A stretch of DNA of 64,000 bases, from contig JYFJ02000902.1 in the NCBI GenBank assembly GCA_000934665.2, forward strand, positions 1-64,000. The letters are read 5' to 3'. Position 1 is the stretch's first letter. Each line of letters starts with the position of its first letter. The notes beneath the pieces were generated by a model, which saw nothing but the letters and a program-made list of their open reading frames with translations, ran no database searches and was not told where the DNA came from. A program made the translations under genes and the position numbers. Below are positions 27,202 through 40,449 of the stretch, one piece after another. This stretch comes from Catajapyx aquilonaris. Lineage: Eukaryota.

Positions 27202-30200
27202 TTAATCCTCATCCTGAAACGTACGGAGGTCAATTTTATTTCATACGACGCTCAAGCCACAGACGCAACATTACCTGCACTTCTTGAGCTGGAAGAAGGT
27301 CAAAGGGCACCTCGACCTGAACAAGCTCGTCATCCTGCACCTCGGAGGCTCCTTCTCGCCCAGACTTGGCTTCAAAAATGTCATCGGGACTTTTGCTCCA
27401 GTGAAACAATTCCTCGTTGTACGTCTCCTGAAATATCATGTACCTGTAGTTTACTATCGAAACATGCGAATGCTCTTCATCCCCTCCACGTATGCTACTA
27501 ATAATTTCAGCCAGTGCAATTGCTTACATGAGTAGTTGCTGGAAAGAAAATGTGCACCACAGTACCTTAGGCTTCTGTCTTGCCCAGAAATACCATTCCT
27601 CAGCAGCCGTCTCGTCCGTGTCGAGAATGTACCCGTACTCGGGTTCTACGTGAAACTTGGTATTCAGGTTGCAAGTTTCGAGCGATTGGCATGCGATGGG
27701 CGAGTATTCCACTTGCGTAGCCAGGTGCTGCATCAATCGCCCTTTTCGCAACCCTTGGTTTGCCGGTGACCTTGTCTTGCTGGGAATCTTGGGGCAATCG
27801 ACATCCTCGTTAACTGGTGACTCTTTCAGATCTGACTGTTCGGACTGGACCCCTTGATCCTGCCACAATTCAGGCGACTTTGGAGTGTCAGGACTTATTA
27901 TTGTCCTGTCAGACTGCCGGGAGCCCCTCTCATCGCAGAGGCACGATTCCTGGCTGATCTCGTCCCTCCACTGCATTATGTGTGGGGGCGTACTTGGCAT
28001 ATCCAGGTGAGCTGGTGTTGGACTTCTTGACGTAGCCCTGCTTGGCGACCACTCGAATTTTGGAGTTATGCTCTGTGGATATTGAAAATGCGGTTTTACA
28101 GGCGGCGTTTCCAGATTTCTGGGGGTGGCAGGCGTCTGCGGTGATGACTTCTGCGACTCCTTCAGAGACACTGCCAAACTCGACGGGCTGCTGCCTGGCC
28201 TCCAAGGGACTATCTCGTATATGTCGTCATCTTCATCGTAATAGTCTTCATCGGGAATGAGGCACAGTGGCCGCCACCCAGGCCAGCACAGGTACTTGTC
28301 GAGAGGGCAGTTCCCTCTACTGCTCCCTAGGTCCTTCTCCACAAAATTCAAGCTCTCATCTCGGTCTGTTTGCAGCTGTTTGCTGCCTGGAATGTTGATC
28401 AAGGTCTGAGGACTCTCCTTCGGTGCGGGAGCATCCTTCTGGACCACCTCCACAGGTGTGGGTTTGGACGAGGCCCGCACTTGCTGCGGCGGGTCCCTGA
28501 TCATGAAGAGCGGCCTGAATCCCGGACTGCACAGGAATCCTCCTCCAGGCTGGTCCACTTCCTGGATGTCCATTGCTGCCAGGTCCCTCACCAAAGGCCG
28601 GGTTTTCCGCGTTGTGGGAGGTTTGGAACGATATCCCATGTCCGGAACTGCCTCCTGCGACTCTTCTTCCGACATGGTAGCTGTCCAGGTCTGGGATACT
28701 GCAGCATTTCAACATTGCGTTGAATAATTAAACTTGCCAAATTTTATCTAATAGGGTACCTGTTTGCCGTTTTCTGCCAGGGATGTTGATCAAGATCTGA
28801 GGACTCTCCTTCGGTGTGGCAGCATCCTTCTGGAACACCTCCACAGGTGTGCGTTTGGACGAGGCCCGCATTTGCGGCGGAGGGTCCCTGATCATGAAGA
28901 GCGGCCTGAATCCTGGACTGCACAGGAATCCTCCTCCAGGCTGGTCCACATCCTGGATGTCCATTTCCGCCATGTCGTTCACCAAAGGCTGGGTTTCCCG
29001 CGTCGTGCGCGTTTTCTTTTTCTCAAAGAGGACGTTTTCCCCCCCTAACGTAACACATTGCGTTGAATTATTAAACTTAAAAAATTTATCTAATAGGGTA
29101 CCTCTTTGCCTTTCGCTGCCTGGAATGTTGATCGAGATCTGGGGACTCTCCTTCGGCGTGGCAGGATCCTTCTGGACCACCTCCACAGGCGTGGGTTTGG
29201 ACGAGGCCCGCACTTTCGACGGAGGGTCCGTGATCATGAAGAGCGGCCTGAATCCCGGACTGCACAGGAATCCTCCCCCATCCTGGTCCACTTCCTGGAT
29301 GTCCATTGCCGTCAGGTCCCTCAGCAAAGGCTGGGTTTTCCACGTTGTGCCCGTTTTCTTTTTCTCAAAGAGGACGTTTTTCTCTGCTAACGTACGCCTT
29401 GACCTCTTGACCACGAATCTCACGGCTTTCGTTGGATCATCTGGATCAGAGGCAGGCGGCCCGTTCTCCAAACTTCCGGAATCCTGGCTGTCATATCCGC
29501 CGTCTTTGATCAGGTATATGGGCCGGAATCCTGGTGAGAGCAAACAATTTCCCCTTTCTCTTTTCCTTCTCTTCGGGTGTTCAACCTCCGGGAGAGCCTC
29601 CTCACCATACCTCAATTGACCGTCTGGGGACTGACAAGTGAGTGCAATTTGTTGACCATTAGTGTGTCTTAACAACTCGACTTTTGTCATTGAAAAGTGT
29701 CAGAATACTATCAGGGATGGCATAATCTGGGCCGTACCCGGCTCTGTTATATTTTATTGATAATTTTTCATTAAATGGTGCTTGCAGTCCCTGACAGTAT
29801 ATCAGGGAAAGGCCAATTTTGTGACTTACTACATAAGAATCAATGAAGTTTGACATACGACGCTTCTCTGATTTGGTCTCTTTAATGCACTTTTCCTCTC
29901 TGTCCAAGTCGTCCTCTGCCTTTTTGTCCGCCTTCTTCCCCTTGTGGTCCTTTGTGCCCCATGAAAAGAACCCATGTAGACACCCTTCTTCTCTTTCTTC
30001 TAGCATTTCTGCACTTCTCTGGAATCTGGGAACGTATGGCCCAAATAGGCGCTGGCCCTTCTGATGATCATCGCTTCCTGGAGCGTCCAACAAGGAACCT
30101 CTGCTGGGACTGGAGAGGGGATCGGACATGGCCTCTTGGTTCTGGTACAGAAGCTGGAGGCTCGAAGGATCGTGGACACGATTCTGCGCTTTGTTTGGGT

Positions 30201-33200
30201 TGCGTGTATGTCTCTCTTGGATCTCCACTGCTGCAGAAGTATTGGACTCATCCTCCTCTGGGATGGACCACGGCGACAGCTTCTTACCATTTTGCTGCTC
30301 TGCTGATAGCCAACTCAAGACCATGTTGGTCGACAGTGGTTCAGTCTGCTGCTTTATTGTGTGGCTCATCGTGTGAACCTCTTCGTTGCTCTCAGAAGTT
30401 TTCTCAGGTGGTGGTGATGGCATCTGGGGTGCTGGGAGCGGGTCTGGATTGACCGTGCAGTGGCAGGATCTGGACAACTTCTCAGAAGTGGACAATGCGC
30501 ATGGGTCACCCGAGCTCGGTGATGTGCTGCCATTAGTCTAAGTGAATCCAGCAGCAGTGTCAGTGCAATGCGTGGTTAACTACCATCTAACGCAGAAAGG
30601 GAAATTAACTAGTGGCCTTGAATAAAATCCATTCCGGAGACACGAGTTGGTCTCCTGCCCTAGCTGAGCAATGCATTTTCTGATTACACAAAATAATTAA
30701 TGAAGTTTGTACTGCCAAGATATATTATTCAAGGCCATGTTACATTTCTCCGTCCTGAGCTTGTGACATGCTACTGTGCAGAGTGGTGTGACATTCATAT
30801 GAGACATAATTATGCACAATCATAAAATTTGTGACAATGAGTGACGTTGGAACTTTTGAAACATTTCAATAAAATAAAAGTGGCCATGTGAATTGAGTTG
30901 ACAATAATTGTTTTTGCCCATTGTTAGTCACTCACCTTCACTTTGTTGCTCTCTGGACTCCCTTGTTCAGGCAACACTGCTGTCACTGTCGATCCTCTAG
31001 CATGCCTTACATCTTTAAACGACGGTACACTGTTGATAGATTCCTCTGGAACCATCCCTTTTGATGCTTTCGTTGATCTGTTAGGCATTGCATTAACCTG
31101 CACCACCTCTTTCCTAATTACAGTCGATGCATTAGTTGATCTGTTAGGCTTTGCTTTAACCTGCACCACCTCTGTCTTAATTACATCAGCGGTGCAGTGG
31201 TGCACCGGTGGAGCATGTTTGGGGGTCACAGTTTCTGCGCAAGTTTTGGGACTGACTGCTACAATGGGATTATCTGCACACTCTTCTCTCTGGCTTTTCA
31301 GTTGACTCTCTTCGGTGACGACAGTTTCTGCACAAACTTGATCGACCTGCTTGTCCTCACACTCTTCTGTCGGACCATTTATTATTCCAAACCCTGCACT
31401 AATCTTATCACTCCTGCTGGTTTCCCTGTTTGAGATAGTCCCTGACGATACTTTCATGAGTGAATCCATTGACCGACCTCCGGAGATGCTAGGCGACACT
31501 GTAAAAGCACTGGTGGAGCACGATCTGAGGTTGTCTCTTGATATAAATTCCACATGCGTTTCTGAGGGCGAAAGTTCAGATACATCATTTGACTCTTCCG
31601 CTGCCACTTCACTGCGCTCTTGCGAGACGGTGTTGAATGTGTTGGCCAGAGACGTATCTGAAGAGGTCATAAAGTCCACTCTGTATCTCAGAACGTGATC
31701 CTCCACAGAAGCAGCCTCTTCGTGATTGCTGGTGTCGTCAGGTTGCCTGGCAAATGAGAGAGTTTAGTCACAAAGGCCTAGCCATTCTATTTCCAAGATA
31801 TAGAGAGAGCAGATTCTTAGGCTATATAACGAATTAGGCTTGCACATACCAGACACACATTTATTGAATTTATCGCTTCAAAGAATTGAAAATGTTTTTA
31901 GCTAAAAATCTGCATGGTCTCGGTAGATATAACTAACCTTTCACTGCCCATGCGTGGCAGGGAAGGTTGCCATACTATGGAGGATTTGCTATGTGAACTT
32001 CCCAGCTCCTTAATTGAAGCAAGAGCCTGCGAGACCTCCTGGAAACCAAGTGTCTTTTCAGATGGTTCCTCGATGATATATGCTTTCTCAAAGGGTGACG
32101 GGGCTGCTGACGAGTCACACTTGAAGCTAATCAGAGTTTTTGTGGACGGATTGGTCTTCACCTGACAGTTCTTGCTGCTGTGACTGTGCCAGTCCCACAT
32201 GTAACTCATGTCGTCCTCCGGCTCTGGTGTCAATGGTCCGGTGATCAACTCTATGGGATCCCGGTCGGAAAGTTCTGCCAGCACAAGCTCTGACGACCTC
32301 TTTGTAGCACTGTCTGACTGGTATGCCGAGTCATCGGACGCGAAGGTAACCTTTGTGGCTCGCACCTCCTTCTCAATTTCAGATGTGGATGGCTTATTGG
32401 GCATGACTCCTGAATGTGGCTTTCTACGCAATATAGAGAATACCAATATCAATCAACCAAAGGTGTAGTATTATTATTATATCTAAGGTAAGGTGCTGGG
32501 TGGGTTGTTGGTACCAGGTAGTACCTTATTTTGGCTCTCTTGGATGAGCGTGACCTCTTATGGGATGGCACTTTAGCGACAATCTGAGCCGGTTGCACAG
32601 ACTTACGAGTACCCCCGTAGTCTGCCTTCTGGAAGTACTGGTAGTTGCTGGCTGCCACGTAATACTCTCCCATCTTTACTTCCTCAGGTCTGGTCAACCG
32701 CTTTCCATCCATATTGTACAATCTGCAATGGAAGTGTTTTGTCATCACAATGTTCACCTGTACGTCTTGAATGCATCATCACGATACTACTTGTTGGCAT
32801 ATCCCCTCTGGAAGATGACCCTGCCGGCAACTTGGTCCAGGATCCTCTCCATGAGCACGCAGGCCGCTGTGACGAGCGGTACTCGGTATGCCGGATGGTT
32901 TGGATCCCCATTCCGGTACACAAAGATGGCATTTTTCAGTGTATTCATCCCCGGCCCACCCGCCTTGTAAGGTCTGCTGCTCATCCACATGCGCTGCCGG
33001 ACATAGCACTTACCAAGTGCTTGGGGCTGCGGTGCAGGCATCTTGCCACCATGCTGTTTGCAGCAGACATCCTGCACAAAAAAGCATCCATTGTGACCAT
33101 TAATGTGCAATAACGTTTTGTACAAAAATATAGTAACAATAAAGCAAGGATACATTTTTACAACAAAATAATCAGCAACCAGAATGCAAAATGAAGCTTA

Positions 33201-34888
33201 TTGGTCGATTGACCTCTGTCCTCACTTTGCCCCCCGTTTAATTTCGGTGTGTGGTCGATTCAAGGTGCAAACCCTGCCAGGATATGACCTGTGCACGCGA
33301 TGGGCATGTCGAGGTCACAGGTCGGGCGACCCTTCGCTCCACAGAGGTGCACGCAACGATCGTATTTTGCGCTCTTTTCTCCAATCAAAATATATACATT
33401 TCTCTGTCTGTACAACAACAACAACAAATCAATTCCCACAACCCCGTCTTTTTCCAAGCTTTAAAAGCCTAAAACTAAGAAATTACTACAATAACAATAA
33501 CAAAGAGTATTTAGTGCTTGTTGTACTGTACATTGTACCAACGCAAATGAAGAAGAAAAAAATCTCTGATAACTTCATATATGAAATTCTGTACACAAGT
33601 TCATATTATGAAGTTTTTCTTTATTTTGATTTTTGCATAGTACAGTACAACTACTGGACCTTGTGAATAATAGATAAGTCTCACATACCTCTGTGGAGTA
33701 GTTACTACCAGGCTTGAAAGCTCGCTGGGTGACTTTTCCGACTTCATCTGCTTGCACATACCTGTCAGTTTGCACACACACAAAAATATAATTATATGTA
33801 AGACAAATTCGCAATCAGTGCAAAAAAAAATCACGGGAGGGAATCACGTGCGAGTGTTGTTTAAGCTGCCAGCAATATTAATATAGTGTGCACCGAGGCT
33901 TGCAAATTTTCGCACCTTTGATCGATGGCATATTGCCCTTGGGGAGTTGTACACACCCCCTCACCCCCCGAACCACCTTTCCCGCCCCCTCCAGAACCAA
34001 TTATTTTTCCGCCAAATATCGATTCAGCGGCGCCAAACCCATTCATCATTATTTTGCAAACATTCTGCCAAGTTAGCCCAAGGAGTACTTTGTAATTACC
34101 GGTAATTGTTATGGATGAGTAACCTTTAGCCTGCTGTGCTACATTGCCCCCCGTCTATAAATCCGGGTGTCAGTTATTATGAAGGAACTACTGATGCCAA
34201 AATTTGGCAGAGTCTTTAATAATCAGCATGGCAGTGACAATCAAACAACTGTAATGCCCGCCGATTCACCACGTAGTACTATTCTTCGCGTATAGATGGC
34301 GCACATTCCCTCTGCACACTGCTGCAGGTCTTGCGAGAGAGAGCGAAACTATCAGTCCGGACAAACATCCTCTTTTAAAAGGAATATATGTTACTCGGAT
34401 TACAGTGTGTACACGTATGCAATGCGTGATTATTATAATTACGAGAAATAGGTCAATTCTGACCCTCCTATGATGGGCTTGAACCTTTCCCTTCCTGCTG
34501 CGACGTATCTGTGTCTGGCCTTCAGCTGCGTCAGACTCTCGACGGGTGTGCCGCCTTCAGGTGTGTATATCCTCTGGATAGGCTCGCTCAGCCTGGAGGT
34601 CAGCAAGGTCAGAAGCTGGTCAAATGTCCTGGGCTCCCTCTTGGACAGCACGACTCTCACCCCTGGGAAGTACACGTCCCCGTTGACATACACATGGATC
34701 CACTTGCTGTAGAGGCTCCGGCATGACCCATAGCGTGACCCATGGGCGGCCAGGGCAGACTCAGTTGACCCACCGGTCAAGCTGCTTGACGCCGCATCTG
34801 TCATGGTGCTGCCAGATGCACCTGTCGTGGTGCTTCCGGAAGCCTCCTCCGTGGGCTTATTGTCCTCCTCCTTCTTATTTCTTCCTCC
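27202..34888 (-). CDS. DCDC2-like doublecortin-domain protein (two DCX domains, long low-complexity middle, DCDC2-type C-terminus); start codon and some internal exon boundaries uncertain
   Basis: DCX1 KWIHVYVNGDVYFPG...YVAAGRERFK (~34464-34710). DCX2 IFVYRNGD...ANK|LYNMDG...YYVAAS (33071-32791 + 32722-32525). Terminal ASEVQDDELVQVEVPFDLLPAQEVQ|DED* recalls vertebrate DCDC2 AAEVQEDEDTQVEVPVDQRPAE; AATAAA at ~27095-27100. Confidence 0.75.
28375..29390 (-). repeat. Three tandem ~340-390-bp coding repeats inside the DCDC2-like gene
   Basis: Unit MDIQEVDQxGGGFLCSPGFRPLFMIxDPP...KESPQxxINIPG occurs three times (gagcggcctgaatcc at ~28508, 28900, 29241), with a duplicated intron-like AT-rich spacer. 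Confidence 0.9.
30613..30737. mobile_element. Small MITE-like element
   Basis: 13-bp perfect terminal inverted repeat TGGCCTTGAATAA / TTATTCAAGGCCA, within an intron. Confidence 0.45.
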
Positions 34889-36543
34889 TGAAAGACATTA
34901 TATTCGCACAACAATGACCTCCTGTATAGGCGGCCGATTAAAATAACGAAAGAGCTCAGTCGAATCTGCTGCTTGATTGGGCCAATTAGGCACTGCTTTG
35001 GTTGGACACATACCTGGCTTTTGATTTTCATCCATTATTCCACCGGTGCCTATTTCTTGTATACGGAAAAATTTCACGTGCGATTTTCAAGTGTGTTTTG
35101 CAACTTACTCTCCTTTTTTTCGTTGCATGGTAACAGGCTATATGGTCTTAATAATAATAATAGGCCTTCACGTGCACAAACAGTCAATGCAAATAAATGG
35201 AATAAAAAAATAAACATAACCCTATATACACTACACAATAATTCAGATATATACCCCGACCAACATTATTTAAAAGTGAAAAATTAATATTACTATCAAG
35301 TCCATAGCATGTTATAGGACCTATATACAAGGTCGCTTATAGTTTCGCAGTTTAGAGTGACGAGAGCGTGTTTCTAAGAAGGTCAAGAAAATTGTGCCAT
35401 ATTAGCGGGATTTTGCTTGTAAGTAGGCCTATGTCTATTTTTATGTAATCTGCCACTGAAAAAGAAAATCGATTGAAAATGACGAATCAGAATAGTGCAT
35501 GTCAATTGTGGGCGTGGACTAGCCAAAAATTGCGACACAATATGACTGTTGATTATTCTGTGGGATCATGCTTCGTAAACATGCACAGTCTGTCGAGCAT
35601 TCTTGACGCTACTGACTGCAGCAGTATGACCTACTATCGGTTTGCTATTTTTTTTGCACACGTTGTTTTCACACAAACATGCGTTTTTATTTTGTGAATA
35701 ACACTTCTAACGAACATTTTTGCAAAATGTTATTTTCTGATCAGCATTTTTATGACCCTTCCACAATTTGCATGTGAACTTGACCTACATTTTTTTTTGC
35801 GAGTTTGAGATGACTGTCGTGACCACGTGGTCCGTAACTTTTCAACGCCCACAGTACCAACTCTCCTATCCCGTATATCCTAAATAATTAAAGATGAGTG
35901 ACACCTCCCAACTCATAAAGGAAAATTGACTATGCAGAACTAACTCACCGTGATTGATAGATTTCGGGGATCGATGGGCAGTCATTGGATGGCCAAATAA
36001 GCTGCTTGTTGACAGGATCGAGCGCACAATATCGACTGCTGCCAAAGAGAAGCGAGGCCGCTCTTTTCTCAAGCCTCACCTTTTTCACCCCCTCCCGCCT
36101 CCTCTAGACCTTTTTTCTCTCTCTCTCTCTCTATTTCGTTAACCCTATAGTCTGAGGTTGCACGCAAATTCGCGATAAGACCTACAAAAAGACTGCAGGG
36201 GTGTCCAAAAGCCGACACGCCACTTATTAAAACGCACGGGAATTTAAGGGGGAAATAAATTGCGCCGTTCATTTTACACAACAATATAGGGCAATTAGCG
36301 ACGCAAACTCGTCTGGATAAAATTTCTGCAGCACATTTCGGCTGGAAAGTGGCCAGAAAAGTGTTATGTGAACAAATCCGGAAAATCTCTACTGAAAATG
36401 ACATTCAGCCTATAAAATCCAGCACTGCGTTTTTTTATTATTATTATTAAATTTTCAAGCATAATCTCCGCCAAAATTTAGACACTCGTCGCACTTGTCG
36501 CATCGATGTCAAGATTATTTTGGGCACACTTTGGTGACAATCA

Positions 36544-39500
36544 TCAGACAATGGTGGATTCTGGGACAGGGTCTGCTGGAGTGACGGGCCTGCTGTCCGA
36601 TCCTGATGCAATCATCTTACTGCTCTCCTTGCTCCAGGACATGGACATCTGGCGCTTCTTGATCGTCTCCTGGTAACGAATGTTCATGTACCTGGAAGAA
36701 TGAGAAGGTTCAAAAAAAAAGGAGAAGGATTATTTGGGTCAAGCTCCCATGTTCCAGGAAAACACGAGTCCAAATATAGGATAGCCTGTCTGCCGCACTC
36801 TATTCCCACGCTCCAAATTTTTGCGCAGTCAGCCACAGTTCCGCGAATTTAAAACGCCACCCAATTGCACCCATAAACTAATTCCTCAATTAATAAATGG
36901 TTATTCTACGTCAAAGCGTTGGGTTGCATCATGCCAGGATGAAAAATGATAAAAATGTGGCCAGCATACCCTCCAGGCACCTTCCTGAAGGCCTCGTTAC
37001 CCGCAGCGACGTAGTACTTGTTTGGCTTGAGCTGTTCGAGAGCGCATATCTTGGTACCGGACACGGGAGTGTACATCTTGACCAGGTTCTTGCTGGACCC
37101 TCCGGTGGACACCTTCTTGCTGACCATGGACAGAAGGTGCTTCAGGCTCTTCGGAGGCTTCTCCGCCGTCATGGACACGTCCACACCTGGAAAGTACCTG
37201 TCTCCGTTCAGGAACACGGTGATTCGCTTGGTCGACGGGTCCGGTATGCTGCCGGTACTGCTGGTGGTGCCGGTCGTCGACGTGGACGGAAGGATCGCGG
37301 ACACATCGGACGCCGCTGGTGTCTTTGGGCGGATGGTCCGCTGGGTCGGCCTGGCTGGCGTGGACGGTCGGACCATCGTCTTGTTGGGCTTCGTCGTCGT
37401 TGTCTTGGCGGGTGCCACCAGAGGTGTCGGTGTCGTGGACGTATCTGTCGGTGTCGTGTGCTCATCCGGTTGGAAAGTCGGGTCCGGCTCTTTTATTGGC
37501 TCGTGCACGATTGTCGTTTCGTACATGGGCGTCGACTGCACCTCGATTTCACATTCGGACGAGGACGACGGGTCTTCCGGGTACAGCACGTTCAGCTGCA
37601 GGGAGCTTCGCACCAGCTGAGGACGTGATGATCCGGCTGGTTTAAGCACAGGAGGCACGGGCGACACGGCTCCGGAAGTGTGAATCCGCACCCTATAATG
37701 GGCGTCACACAACAATTTATTATAAGTTGCAACAATATTAATATGCGCCTCTATACTAGAGCGGGACTCGTACTGTATGTAATACCTGCAGAGATAATCT
37801 GACGATGCTGCCTGCGTTGCGTTGGCGCAGCTGTGGTTGGGTATGGGCAGCACCCTTCCGTCCTTGGTGACCTCCAGGGTGACCAGCACCTTCCCGAAGG
37901 TCACGATCTCCCTGTCCGTGTCGAATCTCCTCACCAGCCCAGTCTTGAGGACCTCGTACTGCCCCACCTGCCCCTCCCGCTGGGTCAAAGGTCGCAGCTT
38001 CCCAGTGGCCGTGACCTCGAACCGTCCCACCACCTCCTCCCCTGGCTGCACCGGTTCCGCCTCGTCCAGGGGCGGGTACAGGACCAGCCCGTGGGTCATG
38101 TTGATCACCTTACCGCATCCGGTCACGTAGAACTTTCCGAGCAGTGCGTCTGGGATGTACTCTGTCCTGTCCTCGCTGTCCATCTGGTACAGGCGTCCGA
38201 ACCGATTGAACCCGACACGGGCCACCACCTTTCCCTTCATGTCCGGTTGGGGCTTGGCCAGCTGTGGCCTGGCCAGGGGCATCTGGGTCGCCTTCCCGTT
38301 CGAGGTCAGCATGAACCGTCCAAGCAGCGGAAGACTTCTGGCCGAAGACTGGACGTTCATGTACGACGTGATCAGGTACTCCCGAGTGATGGCCAGGTCG
38401 CGGATCGGGACAGGCAACGTCACATCCCGTTGGCTGTTATTATTGGTCCTGGTTTTGCTGCTGCTGTTGCTGTAAGACGAGGCCGTCTGCTTGGTCAGGT
38501 CGAGGTCACCCAGGGACAGGTTGGTCACGCTTCCGCTTCGGTTAATCTGGAAGCGACAGACCACACTGTCCCGAGCTCGTCGGATCAGGGTCGCGTCTGG
38601 ACACAGCTGGACCATCTGGAACTGACGGGTCACCTCGAAGCGGGCCAATGGCGGGTCATCTCTGATGGTAGTGGAAAATAATAAGACGATTGGTTCATTA
38701 TAACAAGTCGATGTGTGTATACCAAGAGCTAGTGGTGTACTATACCTGATGATGAACTGTCCTGTAGGACCGCTGTCGGACTTGTGCTTGTTGCCGAAGA
38801 TGCGTCGAACAAAGGTCTTGGCCCGCTTGGCGAAAGTGTCCGAGTCCTCCACCGGACACAGCCGGTACGCTGTACCGCTGGCTGCGATGGCGTAGTGACC
38901 GGTCAGGGCGGGCTGGTCCATCTGCGACAAGTCCAGGACCTTCCTGGACTCCGTGGGCACCACCTCCAGGTTAGAGGTCAGCATGAAGCGGCCAAGGTCG
39001 TGTCCGAACGGACACAGCTGGCACACTCTGGGCTGGAACTCGATGACGTCTCCGACGCACGACAGGTGGAAGATGCTCAGAACCGGACGGTCCGACGGAA
39101 GTGCGACGATGCAGGCGTCCTCGGTGACTCCGTACCGTCGGACGCAGACGTCGGTCTGTGACATGGCTGGGGACGGAAGCCGCGACGACGGCATCGTCTC
39201 CGAGACATGAAGACGCTTCGTGACGACCTCGCCGTCTTCTCGTAGAGTCAGAAGGCCAAGTACGTCGTCCGGTTCGGCACCGGGTTCCGTCCTTGGCACC
39301 AGTTCCCCGGAAGCTGTGTACATGTAGGTGCCGACGTACCTGCCGTCTTCCTTCGAGCGACGTCGTTTAATATCCAGCTCGTCGGTGGGCATCTCTCCGA
39401 CGCTTCCGTCGCGGTACAGTGTCACCCTCTTCAACATTCTCTCCGGGATCATGTAGTCGGAATGCATCAGATCCACGAAATGCAGGTCCTGGTCCACCCC

Positions 39501-40180
39501 GTACCGGCCGATGATGCTGCAGGTCTCACGAGGAATCGGGTGCGACTCCATGACGGAGTGGTCCAGGACCTGCCGGTGGTATATATACAGTACATACAGG
39601 TAAGCCATTGAACATGTGACAGTGTATATCAAAGACTGACCTTTCCCGACCTGGTGATCGAGAACCGTCCGATGGTACCCTCTGCATCGTTGGGCGTAGA
39701 CGCGTCATCCAGAAGGAACACCTGTCCTTCGCTGTTGAACCCATACGTGGTCATATGCCGCTGATGCGACTGGACCCGTCCGTCTGCGAACAGGTCGAAC
39801 TCTGCCAGCGTACCCTGAGGCACCTCGCTACCAGAGGTCATCCTAGTGACGGTACCGACGACGCCCATAGCGTACCGGCCCAGATGCAACGCCCTGTCCA
39901 TATCCTCAGCAGCGATGCGGCTGACCTCGGGACACTCTCCCAGACTGACCCGGTACAACCCGATAGATCCTGTCCGATCCAACCGACCGCAGACCAACCG
40001 GAACTCGACCTCGTTGGCCGGCATCTCCGTCACATGTCCGTCCAGCCCTATGGAGAATCGCCGGTACGGAGACAACGCCATGGCACTCGCCGATGCCTTC
40101 TTCTCTTCCGAAAGGTCACCGATGTCCCCCGAGTCCTGCGGTAGCTGCTGGGTAGTTGGATAATAGAGACTCGCTGCCAT
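36544..40180 (-). CDS. Beta-hairpin-repeat protein with Thr/Pro-rich linker and a C-terminal DCX domain (~1036 aa if all introns are spliced)
   Basis: Exons 40180-39641, 39569-38746, 38661-37786, 37692-36970, 36691-36544 sum to 3111 nt in frame. DCX: RITVFLNGDRYFPG...YYVAAGNEAFRKVPGGY. Confidence 0.75.
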
Positions 40181-40449
40181 CTAGCTCGAGTCAACCTGCA
40201 ACGGTACGTGCTGAGGGTAAGAATACAATCAGCCTGTAATACGTCACGAAGGTACTTCCCAACCTCTCATTTGGGGGGTTAATCCGATGCGATGAAGATG
40301 AGATCACTGGAATTTAGAACGACGTGTAAATGCGGTCAGTCCCAAAAACCGAAACTGAAACCAAGACTGGAAGTTGTGTGCTGCCAGGCAACGAAACAAT
40401 GCACTGTTGGACATACACTTGCAATTTTTATTATTATTATTATTATTTA

